Under the pieces are notes generated by a model. It was given only the letters and a program-made list of their open reading frames with translations. It did not search any database and was not told the origin of the DNA. Of a DNA stretch of 64,000 nt, positions 46,447 to 61,768 are shown piece after piece (position 1 is the first letter of the stretch; each line of letters opens with the position of its first letter). The position numbers and the translations under genes were made by a program. The DNA is taken from contig CM022667.1 of the NCBI GenBank assembly GCA_012295275.1, forward strand, positions 9,486,001 through 9,550,000, given 5' to 3'. Source of the stretch: Chrysomallon squamiferum. Lineage: Eukaryota > Animalia > Mollusca.

Positions 46447-46868
46447 GTGTGTTCTTCTTCCTCATTAGTAGTGGACATTTATGCCAACATAATAAAGACA
46501 ACTAGTCCAAGTAACTTCAGTTACATCTGACTAAAATAATGCGTATCGGCATTTAAATGTCGTCTGCTCTTCTTGATTATGCTAGTACTATAGCTTATAT
46601 TACGTACAGTAGCCCATGTAAAATTAGTGTGACAGACATGTTTGTTTTTTCTTTGTGTTATATTATATTATTATTATTATTTATTTATTTATTTGAAAAC
46701 AGCGGTGGAAGAATAAAAACAACACATGGAGACTTTTGTAACTTCATTTGATACTTACTCTTGAGAGCAAAGAAAATTAATCAACATAAATGAGAAATAC
46801 AAACAACAAAAATTAAAACAAACAACAAAAATTAAAACAAACAGTTTAATTTGTTTGAAAAAAAGAGT

Positions 46869-46874
46869 TTTATT
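46869..46874 (-). terminator. Putative polyadenylation signal of FHOD (implies a 3' UTR of about 4.9 kb)
   Basis: AATAAA on the minus strand followed by a U/GU-rich tract, at the point where the CpG-depleted domain ends (about 46.7 kb). Confidence 0.4.
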
Positions 46875-47570
46875 CAATCTATAAATCTGGTTTTTAAATT
46901 TGCATACCAAAAATATGGCAACAATGTACATATAGTGATGAAAAATTTACAAAAATGTTTTATATTGTTTTTCTTAATCATTAAGATGAGATGAGATTTT
47001 TAAATTGTTATTTTTATATATTTTTTTATTGTATGCATAATAAATAAACACACACACACCTAAAAACCAGCCAATAGATGAAGGATGAAATAATTATTTT
47101 AAAAATAAATTGATTTCAGTAAGGTGATTCAAATGATGTATTTCAAACAGTGAATGCCAACTAGATTTAAGAGTCATTTTGCATATTTCAATTAAAAGGT
47201 GGGGGACGGCTTCAAAAAAAAAAAAAAAAAAATTATTTCTAGAAACAGTTAATGCAACAATTAAAGAGAAGCACCTACATGGTAGGATCACTGAAATACA
47301 AAAAACAATATTTTTAACAATGTAGCAAAACATTTTAAACTTATATAAAGCAAAAGCAGCAAATACTGGTTCTCTGTTAATAAAAGTTATAACAATTTAG
47401 TGATTTTAAATGCTTTTGTACCTGGTATTGTTCTTTTTTTTTTTTTTTAAATATTCCCAAGCATTTTAAATGGTTCCAATTTAATGGTAAGTTATTGATA
47501 CATGGATGTTAACCAGAAAATGGGGGAAAATCGAACATGAAGCAGAGTGAAAGAAAATATACAAACAATC

Positions 47571-47601
<31 letters not shown>

Positions 47602-47896
47602 GAAGAAATTTAAGGGTTCCTAAGGATCACAAAATGTCCAAAACTTGCAAATAAGACTGGCATCCCTGTAATTAGAGAAAAACAATAAGGATATTTTATA
47701 TTTTTAAATGCACTTTTCACCTGTGGTTTCTCTTTCTGTGTTGAGATTTATTTCTCAATCATAATCTCACTGACAGATTTCCTTCTCATTTCATACTGGT
47801 GTGGTATGCAAAACAAACAAACAAACAAAAACAATATTGAATTCAGTTGTTCCAAAGAAATAATGAAAGGTTATTGGGCAATATTTATTATTTCAT

Positions 47897-47935
<39 letters not shown>

Positions 47936-48639
47936 CTGTGATATGATTATACAAAGCTGAGCTGAATTTTACTACAGAAAACTGATTTTGCTCAGTTTTA
48001 GTAAAATAAAGTTTAAAAAAAAAAAAAAAAATGCCAATAAACTATACAGTCTATGGTAATTTTCTATTGGTCACTGTTGGTTTTTGCCCAATAACCTTTC
48101 ACTGGTTACAGATCAAAATATTTCACTAATGAACTACTCAAAATACAGCTGACAGAAATAAATGTGGTTATGTAACAAAATATGCTAATAAAATAATATG
48201 AATAATCAATGAGATCATATGAAGAGCTCTAAATGCCCCTTGACCTATTTTCGTATGAAAGGTCGTTGAGAACATTCTACTTTTTAGAATATTTTTTAGG
48301 AGATTTGCAACAGGAAGCGAGACCAGACATTTTGTCAAAAATAACTCAAGATCTCAGATAACTATATGTACATGGTTTCAGTATTCTAATGTAATGTCAA
48401 TGAACAACTGGAATAGTAGATCAATATAATATTTAAAAATAATAATAATAATAAAATAAATAAATAAAATAAAATTTAAAAAAATACTATAATTATAAAA
48501 CAATAATTACTCACATTAGTTTGAGTATGTTGATTTGTGTTAATAACTGTTGAAGAAATAATACTGGTTTTTTTAATATAACCCCAGTAAACTACATCAG
48601 GCACTATTATTTTTATAAGGCACTAAAAATTCATGCCAA

Positions 48640-48674
<35 letters not shown>

Positions 48675-49359
48675 TAATATTATAATAATAACAACAATAA
48701 CAATTCTTTTTGATCCAAAACGATGAATGGTCTTTGATATTACATTAAATTTAGTGCCAAGTTAAGTTAAATATATTAAATATTTATACATGTGTAACAA
48801 ACAATCATCTACTAACAGAATAAATAGTGACCTATAACTACTATAAATAACTGACCAATCACCTTCATTTCATTCAACTTTAACTAACCAATTATCTGCT
48901 TTTCAGTCAAAAGGTACTAACCAATCATCAGCACTTAATTCAAATAACTGGCCAATCACAGGTCTTTCTGCAGCAGTATACCACAAATTGAGTTACCTGC
49001 TCTAATCAGTATATTAACTACACACCAACACTTTCTAAAGATGCATTCACACACTGACCCCCCACCCAAAAAAAAATCATGATGATTTCTTTTGTTTTGA
49101 TTTTACATTACAGATCCCAAAATAAATCTGCCAGCTGTTAATTTAATCGGTTAGTTAAAATTTTACCGTATGAATGCACCTTTAGTAAAACAATTAATTA
49201 AGCTTACACGTGGACATGTACAGAACAAAAGAAAACAAATCAAACACAAAATGAAAACAGATCTTTATATTAATGTCTCTGTGGTTTCTGGTTTTTCCTA
49301 AAGGATAGTTAACACCACTGTATATGGATGTCTTAGGCAATAATGTATATGTATGTATG

Positions 49360-49394
<35 letters not shown>

Positions 49395-50573
49395 GTCTAA
49401 AACCAAGATTAAAATTCAGATTTATTTTTTTTATTTTTTACTTCTGTACATGTTTGACATATTATACATTGCAATAAGACTAATGAGCACCACGTAAAAG
49501 CATTTTGAATGCTTATATTTTGACTTCTGCTATTTTGAATGCTTTTGTTTTGACTTCAGCTATTTCATTCACTAAATTGGCTAGGCCATAAAAAAAAAAA
49601 AATAAATAAACAATATTTCAAAAATGAAAACAAGAAAAATAAACAGTTATAAACAAACAAAAACAAGTGGCACATGAAATCCCATAGAAAAAATACATTC
49701 ATTATTTATACAGGCTAACCAAAATAATTTAAATATTTGTTGATGATGAAAATGAAAATATAAAACATTAATTTAATCAACACACAAAAATGTTTTTAAA
49801 TTTCATTTTGTAAGTAAATAAAACTACATGTGAATTTTTTTTACCAGATACAAAAATTAAAAATAACATAATTAAATGATGAAGTTTAGAACCAATCAAA
49901 TAATAATAATAATAATAATAATAATTAATAATAATAATTTGTAATTTCTAAATCTAATTATTCAAACTGCTATGAAACCATGACTAGATTTTCAGTTTTT
50001 AAAGATGACTGGTCGCAATATTAGGTACTTTGGCATGAAAATTAATAGTTTCATTTTAAATACAAATATACAACGAATAACTACTACATCAGTAATAATT
50101 TGTTTCAGTTTTTTAATTTTTTTATTTAAAAATAAATAATGATGCTCACAACTTTACAAACCTTTTCTCAGTGTATAACAGGTTAAGTATGCCTAGAACA
50201 ATATGATTGTCCCAACATCTTAAACATGAGAAATAATAATAATAATAAAAATAATAATAATTATAATAATAATAACAATAACAACAACGATAATAATAAA
50301 TGTCTTTGTACCATGTTCTTATGATATTCTTTTAAATAAAAATTTATTTATATAATTTTATGAAGATCTATTCTATATTCACTAGCTACAAAATTCTGCA
50401 ACTGTTTTACCTACAGTAGCACATGTAAACAAGAAAGGTACACTGAATGTGTAGAAAACTGACAGATAACTAAATTTTGTCAAAATGTGCTAGAATTTAT
50501 TTTGTTTCTTTTAGCTTCATGTCTAGGCCAAAATATTTCACTTTTTTTTTTTTTTTAAATTATTATAATTATT

Positions 50574-50610
<37 letters not shown>

Positions 50611-51739
50611 TTGCACTCCTGTATGTATATATATATATACACTGAAGAATTAAATATTTTCAGTGAAAATTACAACCTAAGTCTTATTTTAATTGGTCCT
50701 TATTTTTAAAAGAAATTACTCTATTTTGTCTAAGGCAATTAACTATATCTATGCCAATCACAAATCATCAAACGATTGACAATAAAATATAAATAAATAA
50801 ATAAATGAATAAATGAATAAATAAATCAATAAATATCATTTTAAAATCAGGAGAAAAGATAATCATCACACAAGCAGAATTTGAAGAACAATATAAATTG
50901 TGGAGAAGTGATTTAAAAAAACAAACATGATTGGTTTTGTATAAATTGTAATAAAATTTAAAAAAACACAAAATAATATAATAATAATAATCATAATAAC
51001 TATAAACAATATATAAATATTCTACAATGCAAAAACAAGGAGCAAGTTCAGGACAAAATATCACAGATGACACAAAAGCCAAAACAAAGTTAAAAAAAAA
51101 AGAACTATATCCACAATATTAAACAGTATTTTAGCAAAATTAATACCAGCTAATAACACCTTGCCAGTATTTTTTCATTTATTTTTTTATTATTTTTTTT
51201 TTCTTCACTAATTTCATTTTAAAGCAAACAGCAAAAAGTCTTCATAACCAGAAATTGTTCTTTTTCTATGGCGACCATCTTGAAGAATTGAATATTTATT
51301 TTCACCTTCCCATATTCTTATTTTCATGGATATATTTTGATTTTAATGTATTTGTTGTAACAGAGTATTCAGCTAGTAAAACATGGTGGTTAGTAGGATG
51401 GTTTCTATGGCAACAAAGTTTAATGATGGCAGCTACAAAACAAACTAGAACAGTTTGCTTTTGGATACATAGGTTATATATATTTTAATTTTTAACAAAA
51501 ATATAATAATAAAACTAATAAATTAATTAAACACTTGTAACTAAATAAAGAAAAAAAGAAAAATAAACAATAATAATAATAATAATAATAAACTTTAAAA
51601 TGTGATGCACCTGAAACTACAAAATCCATTTTCCAGTGTCCATTTTGAATTTTGAATTAACCAGTGAGTAAGAATTTGGGACACTGAACCCTGAGTGAAA
51701 GACAAAGGCTAGGAGACTAAACTGTAAGTTGTGATGTCA

Positions 51740-53401
51740 TCAAACATGATCTCCTACTCCAATCACTGACTGAAGTTCATCAAGGTCAAGGCCTCCTTTT
51801 AGAGTTCTCCGCACTGAAAACAAAAATATGTTAAAAAGCATTAACTCCTGATGTTATAGTAATTTAAAATCTTTACTCAAAATAGGTCAGTGATAATAAT
51901 TAAATAGTAATTATTTACATTGTGATAGCAAAGGATATTAACTCACTTAAAAATAAAAGAACATTATATCAATCAAATTGCATGTATTATAGTAATTTTG
52001 TTTACATTAGTGGTCAATAAAGACTAAAAACTCTTTATAATAATAATTATTAAAGGGTTTTAACTCTTACATTACAATAATGAAAGGGAGTTAACTTGGC
52101 AACTTGGTTATATTTCAGTTTGCATTTAAAAGACATTCATTTTTACACTGGCATACTTAAAGGGCAGTAACTCTTGCATTTATAGCAATTAAAACGTACT
52201 ACGTTTAAATTACAAAAAATAATTAAAGAATTATTAAACAATGCATTTGGGTTTTTTCATCAGATAATTAGATATTAACCAGAAATTTTGATTGTATATA
52301 ACTTAATTTTAGATATTAGTATTAGTTATTTATTTTGTTATTTGTTTATTTATTTATTTATTTATTTAAAATTGTTTATATTTATAACTGCTTTACAATT
52401 TATTTTATTACTGATTTCTTTCTTTATCATAATTATGTGTCAAATCAGCTATATTAATATCTATTAAAATCTTAATAACTACTGAATTATATACATTCAT
52501 GCACAATTTTTTGATTTACAAATATTTAGCAACAAGAAGCAATACATATAAACAAAAACATTTTTACAGTGAGTTTAATGTTATGACTGATTTATCTATA
52601 GTCTGAAACAAAACAATAATAATAATAACAATAATGTATGTTTATGTGTGTTTGTATATGTTTGTATGCAACTGTGTGTGTGTGTGTGTATATTATGTGT
52701 TTATGTATATATATGTGTGTGTATGTGTTTGGCTGACTGTCTATTTGCATATCTGTATTCATGAATGTTTTGGAAAAATGATTCATGAAGGTGAATATAC
52801 ATGCTGATTCATGCTTAGATATGCAAATGAGCATAAATGCACTTCTCTGTTACCTTACAAATCACTATTATATTTTACACACAGATTACATTTTACATTT
52901 TATCCTCAAACTTTATGTCTTTACATTCCTCTAGCAAACTCTTCAACATCTCAGATTCAAATACCAACAAACAATATAAACAGATTATGACAAGATACAT
53001 GTGTTTCCAACACAAAACGTCAAAAACAGATGAAAGGACTTTTTAAAATACTTTCATGGACTAGATACATGAGGTTTATGGTTCTCTCAGGGGCTGTTAA
53101 TGACTGGTGTGATGTGTGTGTGTATAAAACAAAGAGTGTAAACTGTCAGTCAGAGCTCAGTGATTACCACTGATCTTGCACCTGATAATAGAGTACATTC
53201 TCCAGTGGATTCCTGGATAAAATCATGACTTGCAAGAACTTTTATATTATATGAAAACAAAAAATAAAAATAAAAATAAAAAATATAAAAATGTTGTCCT
53301 TTACAAAATTCTGTTCTTCGTTTTTCTGGCAAGTCATAATTACATACACATCATTTATTTTAAACGATTCAAAAAATATATATTTGTTTATTTTTGTTAT
53401 G

Positions 53402-53432
<31 letters not shown>

Positions 53433-53845
53433 TATTTATTTTATATTATTATTATTATTATTATCTTTTTTTTTTTTATTTACTTGATCAACATTCATAG
53501 ATAATATATTTAAGGATACATAAATTTGACAACTTTGAAATGCTGAATTTTTATGTGTCTTAAGATCCTGCATTATCATGTCAACACTGAAGACTGAAAT
53601 AAAAGCTCTGCCCATTAAAGCAACACCAGAAATACAGAACCTGGGTTATAAAAGTCTTCTGTGATAAAGCTTACAAACACCTTTAATAAATTTTGAATGC
53701 TTTCAAGTCAACATCAGTTAAATAATAACTTTGTGTTAAAATAATTTAGGACGGATATATGTCACTTTTAAATCAAATTTTGTTTAATAATATTACTGGA
53801 AGTATAATAATGAATTAATGTTATATTTTCCTTACTACTCTTGCT

Positions 53846-53901
<56 letters not shown>

Positions 53902-54099
53902 CAATAACAGTAATAACAGTAACAATAAGAATAACACATAAAATGCTTGATTAAAATGCCAAGATATCGACATTTATCATTCCTGTTAACATCTAAATAA
54001 ATTATTTGTTAGTAACAAATCTAAAATATGTTAAAAACATTTTCTACCATTAAATATGAACAAAGTAACAAACAAACCACTGAACGGACTCAAACTATT

Positions 54100-54133
<34 letters not shown>

Positions 54134-55263
54134 TGAAAAATGATTGAAGAACAAAAATAAACACTCCAAAAATGTGTATGAAAACTAAAAGTTGTTAGTT
54201 TTGTAAATATTTCAATTTATGAAACTGCAGGCAAATGATTCACAAATTAAAAACAGAAAACAAAAGAAAAGAAAACAACTTTTAAAAAAAATATAAAACA
54301 TTTCAAACATTCATCAACTAAATCAGACGCCATTTTGAATTTTTGAAAACTTTTTTGTTTCTTTACCTAATAATCACTATCCCAAAAAGCTGAAAAAAGA
54401 ATCATGAAATAAGAAAATAATTTGTGAGATAAATTTGCCTATTGGAATTAATATTCTGATTTCTATGAAAAATAAATATTAATTGTAGAAAATTGTATAT
54501 GTTATATATATCAGTTTATGTTATATATATCCTAGAAAATATTTAAGTATAAATCTTATAAATCTATGAAATAAGGTTGTTTATTTAAAAAAATAAAAAT
54601 ATTTCTTTCTTTTTATTCTTAATTTTATTCAATGAATATAATTTAAATCCTTAAAAAATATTAATTTCCCCAAAATATTCCAGTCATTGAAAGTTATTAA
54701 TTTCAAATATAAATACCCCATAAAAAAAAAAAATTGAGATAATAAGAATTAAAAATCCTCTGCTAAAAAATAATAATAATAATAATAACAGTTATTAATT
54801 CTGAGAAAATTTTCCTTCTCCAAGTAAATATGAAGTCCATTTCTCAATTGTTAAAAAAAAAAAACAATTTTAACATTATAACCAAAATTAAAGAAATCTT
54901 AAATTCAATAAAAGAAAACATGTTGTTCACTTAAGTCCAAAATGTTAGTTTCCATTCCAATTCTAAGAATTTAAAAATAATAACTGTATGTAAAAAAAAA
55001 AAATTAGTATTATTTCCAGATTTGCTTTTGTAAATTAGAAATGAATTATTTTTTAAATGTTATTACCAAACCCCAGACTTTTTTTTAGCATGTTATTAAC
55101 AAGAAAATTACCCAAATAAAATTTATTAAAAAAGTAATAAATTATTTTCAAAATGTTCACCCTTTTATATTGAAAGATCAAGCCTGAAATTCCAACATTA
55201 TTATCAAGAGCTAGAAATTTATATATTTTAATTTTTGATATATTATGTCAAAATACAGTGATG

Positions 55264-55315
<52 letters not shown>

Positions 55316-55434
55316 ACATTTTATAACATGCATCAAAAACTATAGAAAGTTCATATTTAAATCATATTAAGCTATACATTTATTAAATATATTTTATATA
55401 AAATATTACTATGTAGTTACCATGGAAATTATTT

Positions 55435-55482
<48 letters not shown>

Positions 55483-56499
55483 TTATAAATAAATAATAAT
55501 AATAATAACAATAATAATAATTATAAATATATGAATAATAATAATAATAATAATAAATTAATAAATATATAAAAGCAAAAAATAAAATGTTAAAAAAAAA
55601 AAGGAAAAAAGAAAGAAAACAAAAAGGTTTAAAAATAAAAATAAAAATTCAGTATTAAAAAATATTTTTTTGCCATGTTAAGAAACAAAACAAAACAAAA
55701 AAAAATAAAATAAAAAAAAGAGGATAGAAAAATTGTTTTTTTTTTTTTAAAAAACATTTCAAACACCCCAAACCAAACATTGGTAATGTTAATATCGTGT
55801 TAAGATTGTACAAAGATTTAAATGTTTTTTGTACGTACATGATTTTCTGTGGTTTCTTGCGCGTTTGCGTTCTCTGGGTGTTCGCGACGACGGAGCTGTT
55901 GCTGTACGGACGCACGCTTCCAGGATTTCATCATCACCAGTGTCGTACATCTCCGAGTCTGTCGTTAATGAAGCCTTAGAAGAACCGAGATTCCTGGCAT
56001 CTGTGGAAACAATAAGCAAAAGTAAGTAAACAAGAATGTAAGTACATATGTAAGTACGTGTGTAAGTACGTTTGTGAGTACATATGTAAGTAAACAAGAA
56101 TGTAAGTACGTATGTAAGTAAATAAGTAAATGAGTATGTAAATATGTAAGAAAGTAATTAATTAAATTAGTATGTAAGCAAATAAGTAAATATTTAAGTA
56201 AGTAAATAATTATGTAGGTATTAAGTAATTCATTATGTAACTGAATAAGTAATAAAGTAAGTAAATAAGTAATTTATTAAATCAGTAAGTATGTCAATAT
56301 GTAAATAAATAAGCACGTAATTAAGTAAATGAGAAAGTAAGAATGTATAAAAACAAATAAATAAACTAATAAATAAAACAATTAAAAAAAAGAAACAACA
56401 AATAATTAACTGATAAGAAAAAAAGAAGAAAATAGCCTAATAAACATATCACAAAAGATGGATCATAATTTAACAAACAGTTCTGCCGTAAGATATTGC

Positions 56500-56538
<39 letters not shown>

Positions 56539-57465
56539 AATACTGTTATCACGGAGAGGGTTTCTGTACTCACCAAGTCGTTTTCTGTTTCTCTGCCCAG
56601 GCAAACCTCGCTCGTCTGCACTTGCGTAGCCATTTTTCAACAGTTTCTGCAAGGCATCGTCCTTCTGACCATCTTTTGACTTTGCAAACTTCTCAGTCTT
56701 CAAAACACAGACAAATGACATCCAAAATATATTTATATTCTCATAAAAAAAATTATTAAGAAAAAACTAAAATAATAAGTTATCCTCGAAATTATAACTT
56801 TAATCATAAATCGAGCATTTTTAACTTAAAGTTCAGTAATTGTATTATAAACTTGTAAAAAATTATTTCAAGTACTTTTAATGAATGATAAATAGAATAA
56901 AAAATGATATAAATAAATACGTAAATAAATAAAAAAAAAAAAAATAATAAAGAAATAAATAAATAAAAAAATATTTAAAAACAAAAAATAATAATAATAA
57001 ACTAATGATAAACAGAAAAATAAATAAAACAAAAATAAATAACAAATAATAATAAAAAACCCACAAATAATTATCAAATAAAAAACAAACAAACGAACAA
57101 AAAAAAGACCTAAAAAAAGAACAAATACAACAACAGACAGTCAGATAAATAAAACAACAGATTCGAAGTGAATATTGTACCTCCATGATTGTCTTTCCGC
57201 GAGTTTTCTTACGCTCTCTCTGATTGGCTTTCTTCTCAAGCTGCTGTATGACCTTGTCTCTTGTAGTGCGGTACTCAAGGGCAAACTCACTGATGACTTT
57301 ACAGAAATGGTTAATCTTTTGATCTCTTGCCATATGAGGTGGCATACCAAGATACAGTAACAATCTGTAATACCTGGAACAAAACATATTTACTATATAA
57401 TTTATTTATCTATTTGTTTATTTGTTTGTTTGTTTGTTTGTTTTTTGTTTTATTTATATGATTTC

Positions 57466-57532
<67 letters not shown>

Positions 57533-59580
57533 TTTTCCTAATTTGTTATTTATTTATTTTATGATATTTTTAGTTCTATTATTATTTTTTTATTATTTAT
57601 GTATTTATTCATTTTATATGCATTTTATATTTACTTATATATTCATTTATTCTATTTTATTATATGTTAATCATTTATTTTTTTTTAATTTTAGATTTAT
57701 TTATTTATTTATTCATTCATTCATGCAGTCTTGCATCTAATTTTATTTTTATTTTATATTTTTGTATCACAGTCAGTATAATGGAGACAGACAGACTATA
57801 TGATCAACACATCCTGAATGTATTTTTATTTATTTTTATTTTGTCTGTTTACATAAAGTTTACCTATTTATGACTCTTCTGTGAATAACTTGTAACAACA
57901 TGATCCTCTCTGCAGACTCAGACAAAAACAAGGACATTCTGAAACACAAACATAATTGTTTTTATAATACATTTCTATCATATGTACACAAATAAAAATA
58001 AGCTTCAATAATTTTTGTTATAAATGCAAAATAAATATTAAAATAACTTTCATAAATAAAAATATAATTTAATAATTACCTGTGTAAATCCTTTTTCCGG
58101 TTTTACTGTTGGTTATCAATTTATACAAACTCTCTAATTGCACACACTGAGTATAGCAAAAGTTTATCCTTTCACAATCTAAATACTTTTTTAACAATTC
58201 CTTTTCCAGTAAAGAAAATACATATAAATTTATAAAAACTGTTACAATGAGACATTTTATTATAATTATTATTATTATTATTTATATATATATATATATA
58301 TATTTATAAATTACTTACTTTCCTCTCATGTCTGATGATGTTCCATCATGTTTGATAATTGCACGTAAATAGTCCCATGATGCTTTGCAGTCATCCTCCA
58401 TTTTGTTCAGTTTGACAGCAAGCTCATCCCAGTCAACCTAACAGAAATACAATAAACGTTATGAAAATAAACAATCTAATGCAATTATATGACAGGAAAA
58501 TCAAATAAAATGAACAGAACCACTTTATACTTATTTTATCCTAAAATGCAGCTAATATTATTATATAAATTCTTTGTAGATTTACAAAATCAAATCAAAT
58601 AATCATTTAGTACTAATTGTTTTAATTTTATCAGTATACTTGGAAATGGCAATTCATACTTGAAAAATGAAGTCAAATTTATCCCATAAAAGGAAAACAT
58701 CCAAAAATGAATGTATCTCTTATTCATGAACCATGAAAAAGTAACCAACATTAACCTAGAATGGTAAAACATTTAGCAAGAAAGAAAGACATTTATTTCA
58801 AAAAGATTTATCATTATTGCTTGAAATGAGATCAGGGACCCTGAAAGGGTAAGACCTACCCTTGAGCAGCGCGTGAGAGGGCCAATTTCTGAATAAAGAT
58901 CAGAACTGTCAGGGAACTGTTCGTGTATCATGGTACACAGATGATACAGCAGTGAGTGCTTGTGTACTGTGTCCTTGACCTCTGGTATCCGAGACAGAAA
59001 GTCTATACTGAAAGCACGAGCCTGGAATTTGAAAAAACAAATTATATACTTTATTATTAGTAAAGATTGGCCACTTGAAAGTGTACATTATTACAGTTGG
59101 TGTATTTCTCTGTACCAGTGATATTTCAAATTATAGAGAGTTTATTTTATGTGAGATGTTTGTAGAGTCTGAAGTGTACATGTAGTGTTCATATTATACT
59201 TTAAAGTGGCATGATTCTCATTTTTAAACAGGGCACCATCCATTAATGAAATATTATATGTGATGGTAGGCCCTGTTTTTGAATGAAATTTTCTGAATCG
59301 ATGTATATGTCTATGTAGAATGTAATTATATATCAGAACATTTGTTTGAAAAGAAATTGCTTTACAGTTGATGTGCAAGTATTCTAGAAACAAAGATATT
59401 TTTTTCTTTTTTGGGTAACAAATTCCCTTGTATCTATGATGTTTTTTCTTACCTTGCCACCATTAAGAAAGTTGCCAATGCCAAGAATTGCAGATAAAAC
59501 ATATTTGAAAGTTTTGTTCTTCTGTAAACTCTCAATTCCGTTTTTGAGATCCATTAGTGGCTCAGCTACTTCCTGTAGAA

Positions 59581-59611
<31 letters not shown>

Positions 59612-59754
59612 ACATTAATAAAATATTATAAAATAAAATAAAATAAAATAAATAAATAGTAAATAAATAAACCGGTAAATAAATAAATAAAAGCAGTAAA
59701 ATAAATCATAAAATGTCATAATGTGTTATTCACATAATAATATGAATGTATATG

Positions 59755-59841
<87 letters not shown>

Positions 59842-61717
59842 TATATGCATGAATAAACTGACATTTGTACACAGTACTGCATCTCAAGCTCACACACAAG
59901 AATACTGTTTTTCTACTTCACCTGTTCGACATTTTCGTAGTCGAGTTTAAAGAGCCACAGTTTGAGTCTGGCCATGAGTTCGCTGATTGAAGACAGGGTC
60001 AACAAGAACTGCTCTGCTGTTCCAAGGGGGATGTCTGGGTTTCCCATCTGAGCATCCAGAATCTGAGCTTTCTCTTCTTCTGTTGGAATCATTGTCAGAA
60101 TTTTCTACAAGATTTAAAAAAAAATATATACATATATTCAAAAAATTTGAAAATAATTAATGAGATTAAATAAAAATTGAAATAATAAGGCAGATACACA
60201 ACAGAAATATAATGGATACAACAGACATACACAGATATATATGGACACACACACACAGAAGGAGAAATTAAAAATATGAATAATCATTATTTTCCAGTTG
60301 TTGGGATTATAATGATGAGAAATTTTACTAAAACTAAAAAATCCATTATTAACAATGTATAGATATGTGTGACATATTAACTGATATATAAATTTTTTAT
60401 TTTATGGTCAGATTCATGATTGGTGAATTTACCCATGGAAAATATGAACTATAATATACTCAAAATATGCTTACTGAAACAGCTTTTAAAACACCAGACT
60501 AAAATAAATACCATACTAAAATGAATACCACACTGCAAAATACTAAAAACTAAATACAGCAAAATATTAAAATCACTTACCTCAATTCCTTCTTTGTTAA
60601 TGATGGAAACGTCCATTTTCAAGATGGCTGCCTTAATGGTTCTTGGAGGAGGAAGGACAGTGAGACCAATGTTTATTGCGTTTGATCTTTTTGGTCCTAA
60701 AACTGTTATTTCTTTTCTACTAGCATTGTCTTGTTTCTGTTGAATAACAATTAAAAAACAATGTTAGATGACAGAAAATGTGTAAAATAATCTCATCTAT
60801 TGATACTTGAAACCACAGGAGAAAGCAGGGAAAGTTCTGGAAAAAAAAAAAAAAAGCCATCCAGGATTTATGGGGAGAAACTTTGGGAAGGATAAACATA
60901 TTTTGAAGATATGGGAACAAAGTGTGAAGGGTAAAGATCTTGCAGGGATATATGAACAGTCTACGAAAGGTAAACATAGAGGAAAAAGTAAACATCTTTT
61001 GAAGATTGTGAAACAAAGTGGGAAAGGTAAATATATTTTGAAGATAAGGGGGTAAAAATTGAAAGAGTAAATTTGAAAGGATAGATGGACTGACTGACTG
61101 ACAAAGAATGGAAGGATGGATGGATAAATGGACAGGTGGAGGAAAGTGTGATGGATGGATCAATCAATCAATCAACAAAGATGAATGGATGGTTAAATGG
61201 ATGGATGGATGGATGGATGGATGGATGGATGGATGAATGGAGTACTGATTGATTGTTGGAAATACACTATAGGTTATATTACTAGTATATGGATGTTGGT
61301 AGTTGAATGGACAGATTGCTAAACAACAGTGGTCAAGCACTCAGTTGACCAATAAAAAAAAGGTGTGGACTAAGGAGTAGCTGGACAATACAAACACAGA
61401 TAAACAAAATGTCAGACAAAAGCTGAGAGATCAGTAACACAAAAACACTAAAAACAAAAATATCTAGTAATGACAACATAGTGACAACATAGTGACAACC
61501 TAGTTTTAAATCACCACTAACAGCCTCCTCGATAAGTAACTTATGCTGAAACACTGGTGCAATTTTCTTTTTGTAAAAATATTTTTAAAAAATCAGTAAC
61601 AATGTCAGTGAGTGTGTTTTTTATGGTAGACATGTAGAACTGTTTTACAAGTTCATTTCTATTTTTATCTTCATACACATAACTGACTACTTTGATGCTT
61701 GAAAATGTTAGGTGTGT

Positions 61718-61768
<51 letters not shown>

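Noticed and set aside
60690-60705. FHOD 'VLGPKRSN' where homologues usually have Asp (LDxKRS)
   Set aside because: A single residue; it cannot be told apart from polymorphism or a base-call error without reads.
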